From IMG/VR virus record IMGVR_UViG_3300005512_000003: a stretch of 64,000 bases of DNA; one strand, 5' to 3'. This document shows positions 38,156 to 47,685 of this stretch, piece by piece. Each line of letters begins with the position of its first letter. Position 1 is the stretch's first letter. The notes under the pieces are model-generated. The model made no database searches. It was not told the origin of the DNA and saw nothing but the letters and a program-made list of their open reading frames with translations. This DNA is from a virus (Duplodnaviria; Caudoviricetes). A program made the position numbers and the translations under genes.

Positions 38156-41100
38156 ATGTCATACTTAGAAAGATCTTTATACCACTCTGGAAACCGAAAG
38201 ACTTGGACTTGGAGTGCTTGGGTTAGAAAAGATAGCGTTGATTCGTCTGTAAGACAAAGACTGTTTGTGTCATCAGATAATGCAGCTAATGCATTTTACT
38301 ATATGATTGAGTTTGATCTCAATAGCACTACTAGAGTACTTGCTGCTACTGAAGGCGGTAGTGCTGATGTTGCGGTAGAAACTGCTAATGAAATGATTGA
38401 TCCCTCAACGTGGTTTCATTTTATGGTTGTTTTTGACTCAACACGAGTAACTTCAACTGAAAGAGTGAGATTGTTTATAAATGGAGCGATTAACGATGAT
38501 ATTGCTTTTACGACTTATCCATCTCAAAACTATTTGAGTGCAGTATCAAAGCAAGGACAGTTTCATTATATTGGTTATGATGGAAGTTCACTTGGTTCAA
38601 CACAAGCTTCTGTTCAGATGACAGATGTTTATCTCGTAGATGGTCAGGCACTTCCACCAGATGTATTCGGATACTATAAAGTTGGAACTGGTAGAGGATA
38701 TGTTTCCGCAGGTTCTTCATTCTCCACTAGACAAATAGACGGGCAATGGTTCCCTAAGTCACCACAGTCAATCAAAAAGGTAGTGAATGCTTATGGTGGA
38801 TTTGGAACAAATGGTTTTTACTTACCACTAAATGATTCAACTTTCGTTGGAGTAGACTTTCATACAACTCCAAACACAATCATCAGAATGGATGAAGATC
38901 TTCAGCAACCAAAACCATCCATTGCATCTACAACAACAGCAGGTCTTGGGTTTACTGATGTCTTAAGGGATGATCCATATGCATCTAATCTCGTTCTTGC
39001 TCTTCCTCTTGTAAGTTCTGGATTATGTACAAATGGAACAAACTCTGGTATTAATACTGGATTTGGTGATTACTCTTCAATTATTAGAGGTTCAGGAACC
39101 CATAAAGTTCCTGTGAGTATTGCTGGTTCAGTGTCTATTGCCTCAAGTGTAGCACAGTATGGTTTCGCTGGATTTTTCAATGGAGTATCTGAAAATAATT
39201 ATATTGAGTATTCTCCTGAAGCAGATTTCAGATTAGGATCTGATGCAACAGAGGATTTTACAGTTGAAATCTGGGCAAACCCAATGAATTCGGTCAACAC
39301 TGGCGGAATAGTTGGAGTTTATAATGTTTCAGATAGTCGTAGAACATGGTTATTGTATAGGGATAATAGTAATTATTGGAGGTTTTTAGCATACTCTGAC
39401 GGGTCAACTAGTCTTGTAAGCTTACAAAGTCAAGTAACTGCAAAAGAAGGACAATGGGCACATCTTGCAGTAGAAAAAAATAAAACAACCTATACATTAT
39501 ATGTTGATGGAAAAGCATCTTCCATTCAAACGGGAATAGGAACAGCGATTTATAATAATACCAGTGATGGATTAAAGGTAGGAAACTATACCTCTTCTAA
39601 TACTAATACTGGTTTCGATGGTTATCTTCAGGATCTTAGAATCTATAAAGGTGTTGCAAAATATAAAGGCAACTTTGATGTCAACTCACATTTTAAATCC
39701 GTATCTTTGGATAGTTGGAGAACAACTGAAGAGAATGTAACCACAAACACCTTTGCAACTCCCAATCCATTGATGATTGGACCAAGAAATAACTCTACAG
39801 AAAGTTCTTTCCAATATAGTGAGGGTAACTTACATCTTCAACCAAATGGAACTGCAGATGATACATCACCAACAATAGGTATTACAACAGGAAAATGGTA
39901 TTATGAAGTTCACTATACCACCGCTGATAGACATGCCGTTGGTTGGACTCACTTAGACAACTATTACAATAATAGATGGACTCCTTCTAACTATGGTATT
40001 GCAAATAAATATGGATACGTCGGAACTACATACGTCAATGTATCTGGTGTTGATAGAGTTGTAAACTTTAGTAGTGATGCAGTTGATGGAAATGACAGTC
40101 AGGGATTTGGTGATGATGATGTTTTAGGATATGCACTAGACTTAGATAACCTTCAAGCAAGATTCTATAAAAATGGCGTAGGCATCGTAACAACTGGCAT
40201 TGCTAACACCAATGGAGTTGGATATGGTTATACAGTTGGTTCTCACAGAGAGTGGGTCGCACTATTTTCAGATGTGTCATCTACCGATCCAGTATATACA
40301 GTTAACATGGGACAAAATCCAACCTTTGGTGGGAGAACAACTGGTTTAGGAACTTATGCAGATGCTAATGGAATTGGTCAGTTTGCATACGAACCACCTG
40401 CAGGGCATTTAGCATTATGCACTCAGAATCTTCCAGAACCAACCATAAAAAATCCAGGAGATTACTTCAAACCGTTATTATACGATGGAAATGGATCATA
40501 TAAATCTGTTGTTGGAGCTGGTTTTACTCCAGATCTAGTTTGGTTTGGATGTAGAGGTACAAATAGATCACACCACGTTTATGATAGTGTTCGTGGCATT
40601 GATCATTCTTTTAGCACTGATGCCGCCAGTTCTGAGGATTATCGAGAGGAACAAGGTCTTGTTTCCTTTGATCCAGATGGATTTACAGTTGGTTCCTTAA
40701 ATGAACTAAACTCAAATGGCAGTGAGTATGCTGCATATTGTTGGCGAGCAGGAGCTGGAGTTACGAATAGCAATAGTGATGGATCAATCACATCTGTGAT
40801 TTCTACAAGTCAAGAAGCAGGTTTTAGTATCGTTACTTATACTGGAACTGGTTCTGCAGCAACAGTGGGTCATGGACTAACTGTAGCTCCAGATTGTATG
40901 ATAGTTAAAAATAGAGATCAGGCTGATAACTGGGCAGTTTATTATGGAGATCCTGATAACTTTGTTCAGTTGGACACTGATGGTGCAGAATCTGGATCAG
41001 GAGATATTTTTGGTGCTTCTTATCCAACTACTTCAGTTTTTAGTGTTGGAACAAATCATAAGTCTAACGCATCATCAGAGCGTTATGTTGCATATTGTTG

Positions 41101-41443
41101 GCACGAAGTTCCAGGATTTAGTAAGTTTGCACGATATTCTGGATCTGGTTTAACTACAGGTTTATTCATACACTGTGGGTTCAAACCAGCATTTGTGATG
41201 TTGAAAGAACTTGATGATGTTGGAGCATGGGTTCTTATGGATAGTGCCAGAGGACCAAGAAACCCAGTGAATCTTTTCTTTGGGATGAACAGTGCTGGAA
41301 AGGATGATACTGGAGCAAAGGTTGATTTTGTTTCTAATGGATTCAATATTAGATTATCCTCTTCAAACTTTAATACTGCAGGAAGTTCTTATTTCTTTAT
41401 GGCATTTGCAGAGACGCCATTTAAGTATGCCAATGCTAAATAA
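38156..41443 (+). CDS. Adhesin/fibre with concanavalin A/LamG-like and SPRY-like domains
   Basis: TWTWSAWVRK, DFTVEIW...WAHLAV...LYVDG...FDGYLQDLRIYKG, TGKWYYEV, GFTPDLVW, GFSIVTYTG. Confidence 0.8.
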   Translation: MSYLERSLYHSGNRKTWTWSAWVRKDSVDSSVRQRLFVSSDNAANAFYYMIEFDLNSTTRVLAATEGGSADVAVETANEMIDPSTWFHFMVVFDSTRVTSTERVRLFINGAINDDIAFTTYPSQNYLSAVSKQGQFHYIGYDGSSLGSTQASVQMTDVYLVDGQALPPDVFGYYKVGTGRGYVSAGSSFSTRQIDGQWFPKSPQSIKKVVNAYGGFGTNGFYLPLNDSTFVGVDFHTTPNTIIRMDEDLQQPKPSIASTTTAGLGFTDVLRDDPYASNLVLALPLVSSGLCTNGTNSGINTGFGDYSSIIRGSGTHKVPVSIAGSVSIASSVAQYGFAGFFNGVSENNYIEYSPEADFRLGSDATEDFTVEIWANPMNSVNTGGIVGVYNVSDSRRTWLLYRDNSNYWRFLAYSDGSTSLVSLQSQVTAKEGQWAHLAVEKNKTTYTLYVDGKASSIQTGIGTAIYNNTSDGLKVGNYTSSNTNTGFDGYLQDLRIYKGVAKYKGNFDVNSHFKSVSLDSWRTTEENVTTNTFATPNPLMIGPRNNSTESSFQYSEGNLHLQPNGTADDTSPTIGITTGKWYYEVHYTTADRHAVGWTHLDNYYNNRWTPSNYGIANKYGYVGTTYVNVSGVDRVVNFSSDAVDGNDSQGFGDDDVLGYALDLDNLQARFYKNGVGIVTTGIANTNGVGYGYTVGSHREWVALFSDVSSTDPVYTVNMGQNPTFGGRTTGLGTYADANGIGQFAYEPPAGHLALCTQNLPEPTIKNPGDYFKPLLYDGNGSYKSVVGAGFTPDLVWFGCRGTNRSHHVYDSVRGIDHSFSTDAASSEDYREEQGLVSFDPDGFTVGSLNELNSNGSEYAAYCWRAGAGVTNSNSDGSITSVISTSQEAGFSIVTYTGTGSAATVGHGLTVAPDCMIVKNRDQADNWAVYYGDPDNFVQLDTDGAESGSGDIFGASYPTTSVFSVGTNHKSNASSERYVAYCWHEVPGFSKFARYSGSGLTTGLFIHCGFKPAFVMLKELDDVGAWVLMDSARGPRNPVNLFFGMNSAGKDDTGAKVDFVSNGFNIRLSSSNFNTAGSSYFFMAFAETPFKYANAK

Positions 41444-41455
41444 CTAAAAAACATT

Positions 41456-41923
41456 ATGATCATAACTTCAAATACTATTACTCATACATATAGTATTCCA
41501 AAACTTTCTTTGGTTGGAGAAGTTGATGGATTTGAAAAAGTTGCATACAAAGCTGAAGTCATTCTGAGTTCTTCTTTTGAATATGATTACACTTTTGCAG
41601 CACCGACTGGCGATGTCATGGCTGGATTGACTACAAACATCAAAGAAAAACGAGTCAAGTCTGTTGATGTTGAGTATACAGTAGATTTACCGACTGTTGG
41701 TATTGCCACAACTTCTTTTACATCATGGGATGATCTTGAAGAAGATCAAGTTATTCAATGGACATTTGATGTAAATCCAGAATTAACTTCTGCAATGAGA
41801 TTAGAGAATGAGAACAAAGCACTTACAGAAAAAGACAAGGTAAATAACCCAAGAAAATATTTTTATGACACCCCTCCAACTCCATGGGGTGTTCGTGCAA
41901 ATCAAGAATCTATAGGAGAATAA
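41456..41923 (+). CDS. Hypothetical protein (possible fibre assembly chaperone)
   Basis: F.SWDDL.EDQVIQW...PW motif common in small proteins next to fibres. Confidence 0.55.
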   Translation: MIITSNTITHTYSIPKLSLVGEVDGFEKVAYKAEVILSSSFEYDYTFAAPTGDVMAGLTTNIKEKRVKSVDVEYTVDLPTVGIATTSFTSWDDLEEDQVIQWTFDVNPELTSAMRLENENKALTEKDKVNNPRKYFYDTPPTPWGVRANQESIGE

Positions 41924-41930
41924 GAGATAA

Positions 41931-42920
41931 ATGACAAAAGCAAGAGATACTGCATCACTGGTTTCATCACAAACAGGAATCGCCGTTACAATCAGTGGCG
42001 ATCCAGTTGTTCTTGGTATTGGCGATACTGAAAGACTTAGAATAAGAGGCACTGGTGATATTGGCATTGGAAAAACTGATCCCCAACAAAAGGTTGATAT
42101 TCTTGGAAACTTGGGAGTTGATGGTGATGTTGGTATCGGAACATCAGCAGTAAAGTCTGGTGCGTTTTCTATCTATAGTAAGAATATTGAACTTGAAGGT
42201 GACACTGCCACTGCTCCAAATTTTAACATTATAAATCATCGTTCGGTAAGCCCCATGGGTATCAATTTTATAAATGATGCTGGTTCTAACCAACTTGGTA
42301 TCAGAGGTGCTGGAACTTCTAGAACAAATCCAGGCGCTGCACTAGGAATGCCACAAATATTTACATATGTTGGATTTGATCTGTATATAGGAGCCGATTC
42401 ATCAGATTCAGTATTCTTCACAACAAATAGAAGTGACAGAATGGAAATCAGATCTGATGGTGGAGTTGTAATGAATAATGTTTATAGTGATGCTATTGCA
42501 AGTGGTAGAGATCTTTATATAAGTTCTGGTGGAAGACTTGGGTATATTTCTTCGATTGGTATTGCAAAAACAAATGTTTCATCTCTAACAAATATTGATT
42601 GGATTGATCAACTTAGAATTGTGAACTTCAACTATAAAAAGTTCACGGAGACTACAACTGGTATTGGATCAACGGAACAAACAGTCATAAATTATCTTGA
42701 TTCTTATCATGAAGAGACTGAATATGGATTGATTGCTGAAGAAGTAGTTGGTATCAATACCGATTTAGTTTTTTATAATGAAAATGCTGAAGGATCTAAA
42801 AGTCTTGCTGGCATTCACTACAAGAAGTTAATACCTATCTTAGTAAAAGGACTTCAAGATGCACGGAGTGAGATAAATATACTGAAGACGCGATTAGATC
42901 AAGCAGGCATTGCAACATAG
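41931..42920 (+). CDS. Tail fibre with C-terminal intramolecular chaperone (peptidase S74-like)
   Basis: MTKARD start; SS..AKTNV...LRIVNFNYK...YGLIAEEV...Y.KLIPILVKGLQ coiled coil. Confidence 0.8.
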   Translation: MTKARDTASLVSSQTGIAVTISGDPVVLGIGDTERLRIRGTGDIGIGKTDPQQKVDILGNLGVDGDVGIGTSAVKSGAFSIYSKNIELEGDTATAPNFNIINHRSVSPMGINFINDAGSNQLGIRGAGTSRTNPGAALGMPQIFTYVGFDLYIGADSSDSVFFTTNRSDRMEIRSDGGVVMNNVYSDAIASGRDLYISSGGRLGYISSIGIAKTNVSSLTNIDWIDQLRIVNFNYKKFTETTTGIGSTEQTVINYLDSYHEETEYGLIAEEVVGINTDLVFYNENAEGSKSLAGIHYKKLIPILVKGLQDARSEINILKTRLDQAGIAT

Positions 42921-42937
42921 AGTCTGCATGTAAATCG

Positions 42938-42959
42938 TATAAATAACTAGAAACAAAGT
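42938..42959 (+). repeat. 22-bp late-promoter repeat, copy 1 (copy 2 at 55911..55932)
   Basis: TATAAATAACTAGAAACAAAGT is identical at both sites, each before a MADRYPL gene. Confidence 0.9.
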
Positions 42960-42970
42960 TAAAGGGAAAA

Positions 42971-44710
42971 ATGGCAGATCGTTATCCGCTTATTGTAGAT
43001 AGTAGCACTAATACAGTTAAAGAACTCCCTTCTGGAGATAAACTGAATCTGGAAGGTGCTGGACTTGCAAACGCTGGTGTTTCTACTTTCACTGGTGATT
43101 TGTTTATTGAGGGCAACCTTCGTGTTGGAACTGGTGCCACTACCTCTTATATTATTAATGGTACGACTGGCATTACCTCCTCTACTGATACTGGTGTAAA
43201 ACTTATTTCAGTTGATACTTCTTATAGTATCACAGGTGCATCTTCTGAAGCAAGAGGTGCAGCACTGAGAGATAGAATCAGAAAACTTTCACAAACAAGA
43301 GTATCTGGTGGTTCAACAAACACTACTGGTATTGTTGTTACTTTAAACTTAGAAGCAGGAGTATATCACTTACCAGAACCAATCGTAATCGACTTTGCTC
43401 CTAACTACACCATCAAGGTTGTTGGTGCAAGTGGTATCGGAACGATTCCAGGTACAGATGGAAGACATTATTATAACCAAGCAGGATTTAAGTCTGGGGA
43501 TACTCCAGGTATCAGTACCGTCAACGCAGGATATGCAGCAACATTCTTTGCAGATTTGACTGCTTCTCCAAACGCATATCCAGATCCAATCCCAGCATCT
43601 GTTGGAACAAGTAATACGATTAGTCGCCCTTATGATAGAGCGATTGTAGAGGGTTATTATCAAACTAAAGTATTTACAGAGTCTAATATTGGTTTCTACT
43701 GCAATAGAAGTAACGTAAGATTCTATAATATTGGATTTATTAATAACCTCAAAGATCCAACTGGTGTTGGCACAACTTTAACAGTTGGCACTACTTACAA
43801 TAATGATGGGTCTCATGCAGTTTGGGGTATTAATGGTGCTGATGTCTATCTCGATAATGTTGGTATTCATGATTTTAATTGGGGATTTAGATTGGATGGA
43901 TCTGCTGGAAGAATGGATCATACTTTCGTTACATCTGCAAGAAATGCCATCCGCATATTAACTGGATCATCTTGTGGTATTGGAAGCACTTCTGGTTCAA
44001 TCAGCGGTTATTACAACTGCGTTGTTGATAACGGTAGTTCACTCAACTTCCAAAGAGATCTAGATGAATTTAGAGGTCATAGATCTTTCTTCACTAATGG
44101 CGTCACTCTTGGCGGAATCTCACTTCTTAATGGATCTTCGATGGGGCAGGTTTCTCAAGCATCTGCTGCTATTTGTATAGGAAATAACGCTGCTGCTGGA
44201 CTCTATCTTAATGATGGAAGCACTGCATCATTATACAATGACTTCTCAACTCATGGTAATGGTAGTGAAGGTATTGTAGCCAATAATGGTTCATCCGTAC
44301 AATACAGAGCATCATCTAATGCTTATAGCGAGTCTCCTCTTAAGATGGGATTCATGTGCATTGACAATGATTCTAGAGGAGTTGCAGCATCATATAACTC
44401 CTCAATGTTCATCTATGGAGGACTTGGAGGTTTCCCATCTGGAAAGATTATTGGAAACGGTGGTTATGGATCTTTGGTTCAAAACCAATCAGAAGCATAT
44501 CTGAGAACTGTTACTCCATATAATAATAATGGTTCAACAGCAGGTGAAGGAACTGCAGTAACTTCTATTCAGATTGCATCTCATTTGATGTCACACACTC
44601 AGATTGTTTCAATCAATGGTGATTATGCTTCTGCAACAGGTTTATCACCAGACTCAGATACTGAAGGGAACCAAAACTCCTTCACTTCTTCCTCAACTAC
44701 TATTACTTGA
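42971..44710 (+). CDS. Tailspike-like protein (right-handed beta-helix) with MADRYPL N-terminal anchor
   Basis: Asn/Gly/Ser-rich parallel-beta repeats; paralog of 51728..53428. Confidence 0.7.
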   Translation: MADRYPLIVDSSTNTVKELPSGDKLNLEGAGLANAGVSTFTGDLFIEGNLRVGTGATTSYIINGTTGITSSTDTGVKLISVDTSYSITGASSEARGAALRDRIRKLSQTRVSGGSTNTTGIVVTLNLEAGVYHLPEPIVIDFAPNYTIKVVGASGIGTIPGTDGRHYYNQAGFKSGDTPGISTVNAGYAATFFADLTASPNAYPDPIPASVGTSNTISRPYDRAIVEGYYQTKVFTESNIGFYCNRSNVRFYNIGFINNLKDPTGVGTTLTVGTTYNNDGSHAVWGINGADVYLDNVGIHDFNWGFRLDGSAGRMDHTFVTSARNAIRILTGSSCGIGSTSGSISGYYNCVVDNGSSLNFQRDLDEFRGHRSFFTNGVTLGGISLLNGSSMGQVSQASAAICIGNNAAAGLYLNDGSTASLYNDFSTHGNGSEGIVANNGSSVQYRASSNAYSESPLKMGFMCIDNDSRGVAASYNSSMFIYGGLGGFPSGKIIGNGGYGSLVQNQSEAYLRTVTPYNNNGSTAGEGTAVTSIQIASHLMSHTQIVSINGDYASATGLSPDSDTEGNQNSFTSSSTTIT

Positions 44711-44967
44711 TAACTATGTACGCCGTTTATTCTTCTGGAAAACCAGTAGCTTCATATAGTGTGTCAGCATGGTTAAATGTTGACACAACTAGATACTTTG
44801 TAGAGGGATTCAAAGTTTATAAACTTCCGAATCAATACAAGGGTTTAATTCTCTTATCACAACCAGGAAAATGGGATATTGATGATGAAGATTGGTTGAT
44901 TCCACCTACAGATGAGATTACTGAAGATCAGATTCTTGCTTTGGATGGTGTAGAAGTTATCTATTGA
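44707..44967 (+). CDS. Hypothetical protein coupled to the tailspike (start may be ATG near 44716)
   Basis: Overlaps the stop of the upstream gene. Confidence 0.6.
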   Translation: MITMYAVYSSGKPVASYSVSAWLNVDTTRYFVEGFKVYKLPNQYKGLILLSQPGKWDIDDEDWLIPPTDEITEDQILALDGVEVIY

Positions 44968-44988
44968 TAATACCTTCATCATATCCTC

Positions 44989-45018
44989 TTGACAATACCC
45001 CTTGATTCTGTGTAAAAT
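44989..45018 (+). promoter_or_regulatory. sigma70-type promoter
   Basis: TTGACA-N18-TAAAAT. Confidence 0.55.
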
Positions 45019-45070
45019 ACCTTTGTTAGGGTTGATGGGGAAGCTTTAAGACTCTAAGGGACACTTGAAT

Positions 45071-45114
45071 AACTGTCACAGGGACCCCGCGGGGTCCCTT
45101 TGTCATGCTATAAT
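45071..45114 (+). promoter_or_regulatory. Early promoter cassette with a 20-bp perfect palindrome
   Basis: AACTGTCACA, AGGGACCCCGCGGGGTCCCT, TGCTATAAT. Confidence 0.75.
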
Positions 45115-45138
45115 ACATTCATGTTCAAAGGCACCTCT

Positions 45139-45198
45139 GTGATTCAACTTCGTCCTCATCAGATAGCAAGGGTTTCTAAAAAACTGCTAGGGGAATGA
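45139..45198 (+). pseudogene. Orphan 5' fragment of the SF2 helicase
   Basis: GTG-IQLRPHQ matches the helicase start (M)LTLRPHQQ at 45901, then runs into unrelated sequence and a stop. Confidence 0.65.
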
Positions 45199-45200
45199 GA

Positions 45201-45263
45201 GATAAATAATAGTGCTTTTATGTGTGGTAACTAAAAGCATAAGGGGCACTTTGCCCCTTTTTT
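45201..45263 (+). ncRNA. Putative two-hairpin antisense RNA element 1
   Basis: GATAAATA, stem TGCTTTTA/TAAAAGCA with an 11-nt loop, terminator-like AAGGGGCA-CTT-TGCCCCTT+T run; complementary to 45289..45306. Confidence 0.6.
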
Positions 45264-45307
45264 ACTGTCTAAGTCTTATAAATATTACTACCACACATAA
45301 AAAGCAG

Positions 45308-45856
45308 ATGGAATACTACACTTACGCATATTTGCGTGAAGATGGAACACCCTATTATATTGGTAAAGGAAAATACCACAAAGGGTATAAGTATCATAGG
45401 ATGTCGCAGAAACACACTTGCGGTGTTCCTCCACAAAATAGAAGAATAGTGCTAAAAGATTATCTATCCTTAGAAGATTCTATAAAACACGAAGAATATA
45501 TGATAGACTTATATGGATTGATATGTGATGGGACGGGGATACTAAGAAACTTTGTAAGAGATAGTCGTGGTGGTAGTAGAAAAGGCAGAAAACTTTCAGA
45601 AGAAACTAAACAAAGAATGTCCCTTGCGATGAAAAAGCGGTGGGAAAAAGGATGCTATGATAATGAAGAATATAGAAACAAAATATCAGAAAGTAATAGG
45701 AATAGTCCAAGAGTTGTGAAACATAGTGAGGAAACAAAGACTAAGATAAGTAAGTCTGCTAAGGGAAGACAACAAAGTGAAGAGACAAGACGAAAAAGGT
45801 CTGAAAGTGTAAAGAGGTCTTGGACGCTTCGCAAAGCGGCACAGACCCTTGACTGA
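45308..45856 (+). CDS. GIY-YIG (Seg-like) homing endonuclease with NUMOD3 repeats
   Basis: YYTYAYLREDGTPYYIGKG...R...E...GILRN; three (H/L/Q)SEET(K/R) repeats; start reassigned to ATG 45308 after TATAAATA. Confidence 0.85.
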   Translation: MEYYTYAYLREDGTPYYIGKGKYHKGYKYHRMSQKHTCGVPPQNRRIVLKDYLSLEDSIKHEEYMIDLYGLICDGTGILRNFVRDSRGGSRKGRKLSEETKQRMSLAMKKRWEKGCYDNEEYRNKISESNRNSPRVVKHSEETKTKISKSAKGRQQSEETRRKRSESVKRSWTLRKAAQTLD

Positions 45857-45877
45857 GTGCCCTGAGGATGCTATAAT
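45834..45877 (+). promoter_or_regulatory. Early promoter cassette for the helicase
   Basis: AAGCGGCACA, TTGACT-N17-TATAAT. Confidence 0.75.
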
Positions 45878-45900
45878 ACTTGTATTGATACGGAGACCTC

Positions 45901-47070
45901 TTGCTTACTCTTCGCCCGCACCAGCAGGACGCTACGGACGCTATGCTGGAGCATAAGAAAGGCACTATTGTTATTCCGACTGGTGGTGGAAAAACAATGT
46001 GTATGATTAAGTATTCGCTTGATTATTTTGACACTTATGACGCTGGCGTTATTGTAGTGGTCGCCCCCCGTCTGTTGCTGGCCGACCAACTCTGTGCTGA
46101 GTTTATGGAGTTTCACACAGATGTTGCGGTATTCCACGCACATAGTGGAGATACCAAGTATTCTAGCAGCACTCGCCCTGCTATTATTCACAACTGGAGT
46201 CAGCAAGCATATCGCAAACAACTTATTTTTACCACCTATCATTCTCTTCCTCGTTTGATGGAAGCAGAACTTGATGTTGATGTAATCCTGTTTGATGAAG
46301 CACATAACTCTGTGCAGAGAAACTTTTTCCCTGCTACGGAACACTTTGCTGCTGATTCTGATCGTTGCTATTTTTTCACTGCAACTCGCCGCACTTCTGC
46401 AACTATCTCCAAGCCTGGGATGAATGATGTTGCCGTTTATGGTGATGTTATTTACCGTGTTCCTGCTCCTAAACTGGTAAATGAGGGATATATCCTTCCT
46501 CCAGTCATTAAAGCGAAAAAGTTTGAGGTTCTTAAGGCAAATGAGATTTCTGCCGACCGTGACTGTAACAATATTATAGAAACTCTACAAGAAAACAGCA
46601 CCAGCAAAGTTCTTGTTTGCGTTAAGAGTGCTCGCCAACTTATCAACTTGATGTCTCAAACTGATTTTGCTACTCAACTGAATGATATGGGGTATTCTTA
46701 TCTTTATATCACCAGCAAGACGGGTGCAATCATTGATGGACAAAAAGTCAATCGTGAGGTTTTCTTTGATACTCTTAATGCTTGGGGCAAAGACCCTTCC
46801 AAGAAGTTTGTTTGTCTCCATCGCTCTATTTTGAGTGAAGGTATTTCTGTTAATGGTCTTGAGTCGGTTATTTTTCTTCGTAATATGGATGTGATTGAGA
46901 TGACCCAAACTATCGGAAGAGTTCTTCGCACCGCTCCTGATAAAACTTATGGTCTTTGTGTGGTGCCAGTGTATTCTCAAGTTGGTATTGCTACGGAGAA
47001 GCGTATGCAGAATGTTGTTGATACTGTTTTCGGTCGTGGTGAGATGCTTGATAGTGTAGTCAAGCGATAG
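45901..47070 (+). CDS. Superfamily II DEAH helicase (ResIII-like)
   Basis: LRPHQ Q-motif, PTGGGKT, DEAH, TAT, LSEGIS, QTIGRVLR. Confidence 0.92.
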   Translation: MLTLRPHQQDATDAMLEHKKGTIVIPTGGGKTMCMIKYSLDYFDTYDAGVIVVVAPRLLLADQLCAEFMEFHTDVAVFHAHSGDTKYSSSTRPAIIHNWSQQAYRKQLIFTTYHSLPRLMEAELDVDVILFDEAHNSVQRNFFPATEHFAADSDRCYFFTATRRTSATISKPGMNDVAVYGDVIYRVPAPKLVNEGYILPPVIKAKKFEVLKANEISADRDCNNIIETLQENSTSKVLVCVKSARQLINLMSQTDFATQLNDMGYSYLYITSKTGAIIDGQKVNREVFFDTLNAWGKDPSKKFVCLHRSILSEGISVNGLESVIFLRNMDVIEMTQTIGRVLRTAPDKTYGLCVVPVYSQVGIATEKRMQNVVDTVFGRGEMLDSVVKR

Positions 47071-47076
47071 ATATAT

Positions 47077-47124
47077 GTGGGCAGCAACAGAAGTCTGGGG
47101 AGATAGATGTTGCGTAAGTCCCAC
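47077..47124 (+). ncRNA. Putative hairpin antisense element 2
   Basis: Stem GTGGG-CA-GCAAC / GTTGC-GTAAGT-CCCAC; the loop carries GAAGTCTGGGGA, the exact complement of 47154..47165. Confidence 0.55.
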
Positions 47125-47166
47125 ACTTATGTTATACTAAATAGTAATAGTCATCCCCAGACTTCA

Positions 47167-47652
47167 ATGAAAGAATACTACACTTACGCATATTTGCGTG
47201 AAGACGGAACTCCCTACTATGTTGGTAAGGGTAAAGAAGATAGAGTATATAAAAAACATCGAGGACACACAGTTCCATCTAAAGATAGGATACTATTTCT
47301 AAAGAAAAATCTTACTGAAGAAGAAGCATATAAGCACGAAGTTTATATGATTGCAATACTTGGTAGGAAAGATATAAAGACTGGTATCTTACACAATAAA
47401 ACTGATGGTGGTTCTGGTGGAGATACTGGGTATCTTGGTTCTGAAGAACATAAAGAACTTATGAGAAAAAGGACAGGTGATAAGAATAGTTTTTACGGTC
47501 GCAAACACACTCCAGAGGCGCTAGAGCGTATCAGTAACGCTCTTAAGGGTAGAACCGCTTGGAACAAGGATAAGTGCCTTCCTGACGCGCAGGTGAGCGC
47601 ACACGCACTCTATATGAGAGAGTGGCGGATGAAGAACCGTCACAGGGGCTAG
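47167..47652 (+). CDS. GIY-YIG (Seg-like) homing endonuclease with NUMOD3
   Basis: YYTYAYLREDGTPYYVGKG..R...EAYKHE...GILHNKTDGG; FYGRKHT.E, KGRTAWNK; start reassigned to ATG 47167. Confidence 0.85.
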   Translation: MKEYYTYAYLREDGTPYYVGKGKEDRVYKKHRGHTVPSKDRILFLKKNLTEEEAYKHEVYMIAILGRKDIKTGILHNKTDGGSGGDTGYLGSEEHKELMRKRTGDKNSFYGRKHTPEALERISNALKGRTAWNKDKCLPDAQVSAHALYMREWRMKNRHRG

Positions 47653-47685
47653 CATCTGCTGTTCCTTTCACTGTATAATACATTC

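Noticed and set aside
38140-38160. Stop-codon readthrough joining 36605..38149 to 38156..41443 (same frame, TAA TAT AAC ATG)
   Set aside because: Being in frame has a one-in-three chance, TAA is a poor readthrough codon, and there is no suppressor tRNA in the window. Worth only a check against fused homologs.
45212-45307. N-terminal extensions in the ORF track for the GIY-YIG genes (45212 and 47107 starts)
   Set aside because: They run through the hairpin and late-promoter elements; the homologous starts are ATG 45308 and ATG 47167.
45100-45900. Group I intron carrying the endonuclease within the helicase
   Set aside because: No P/Q/R/S core is recognisable, flanks are too short, and the helicase has its own promoter and start downstream.
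45901-47070. Type III restriction-modification system
   Set aside because: The helicase has no nuclease domain and no adjacent Mod subunit; the methyltransferase is 11 kb away and of the Dam class.
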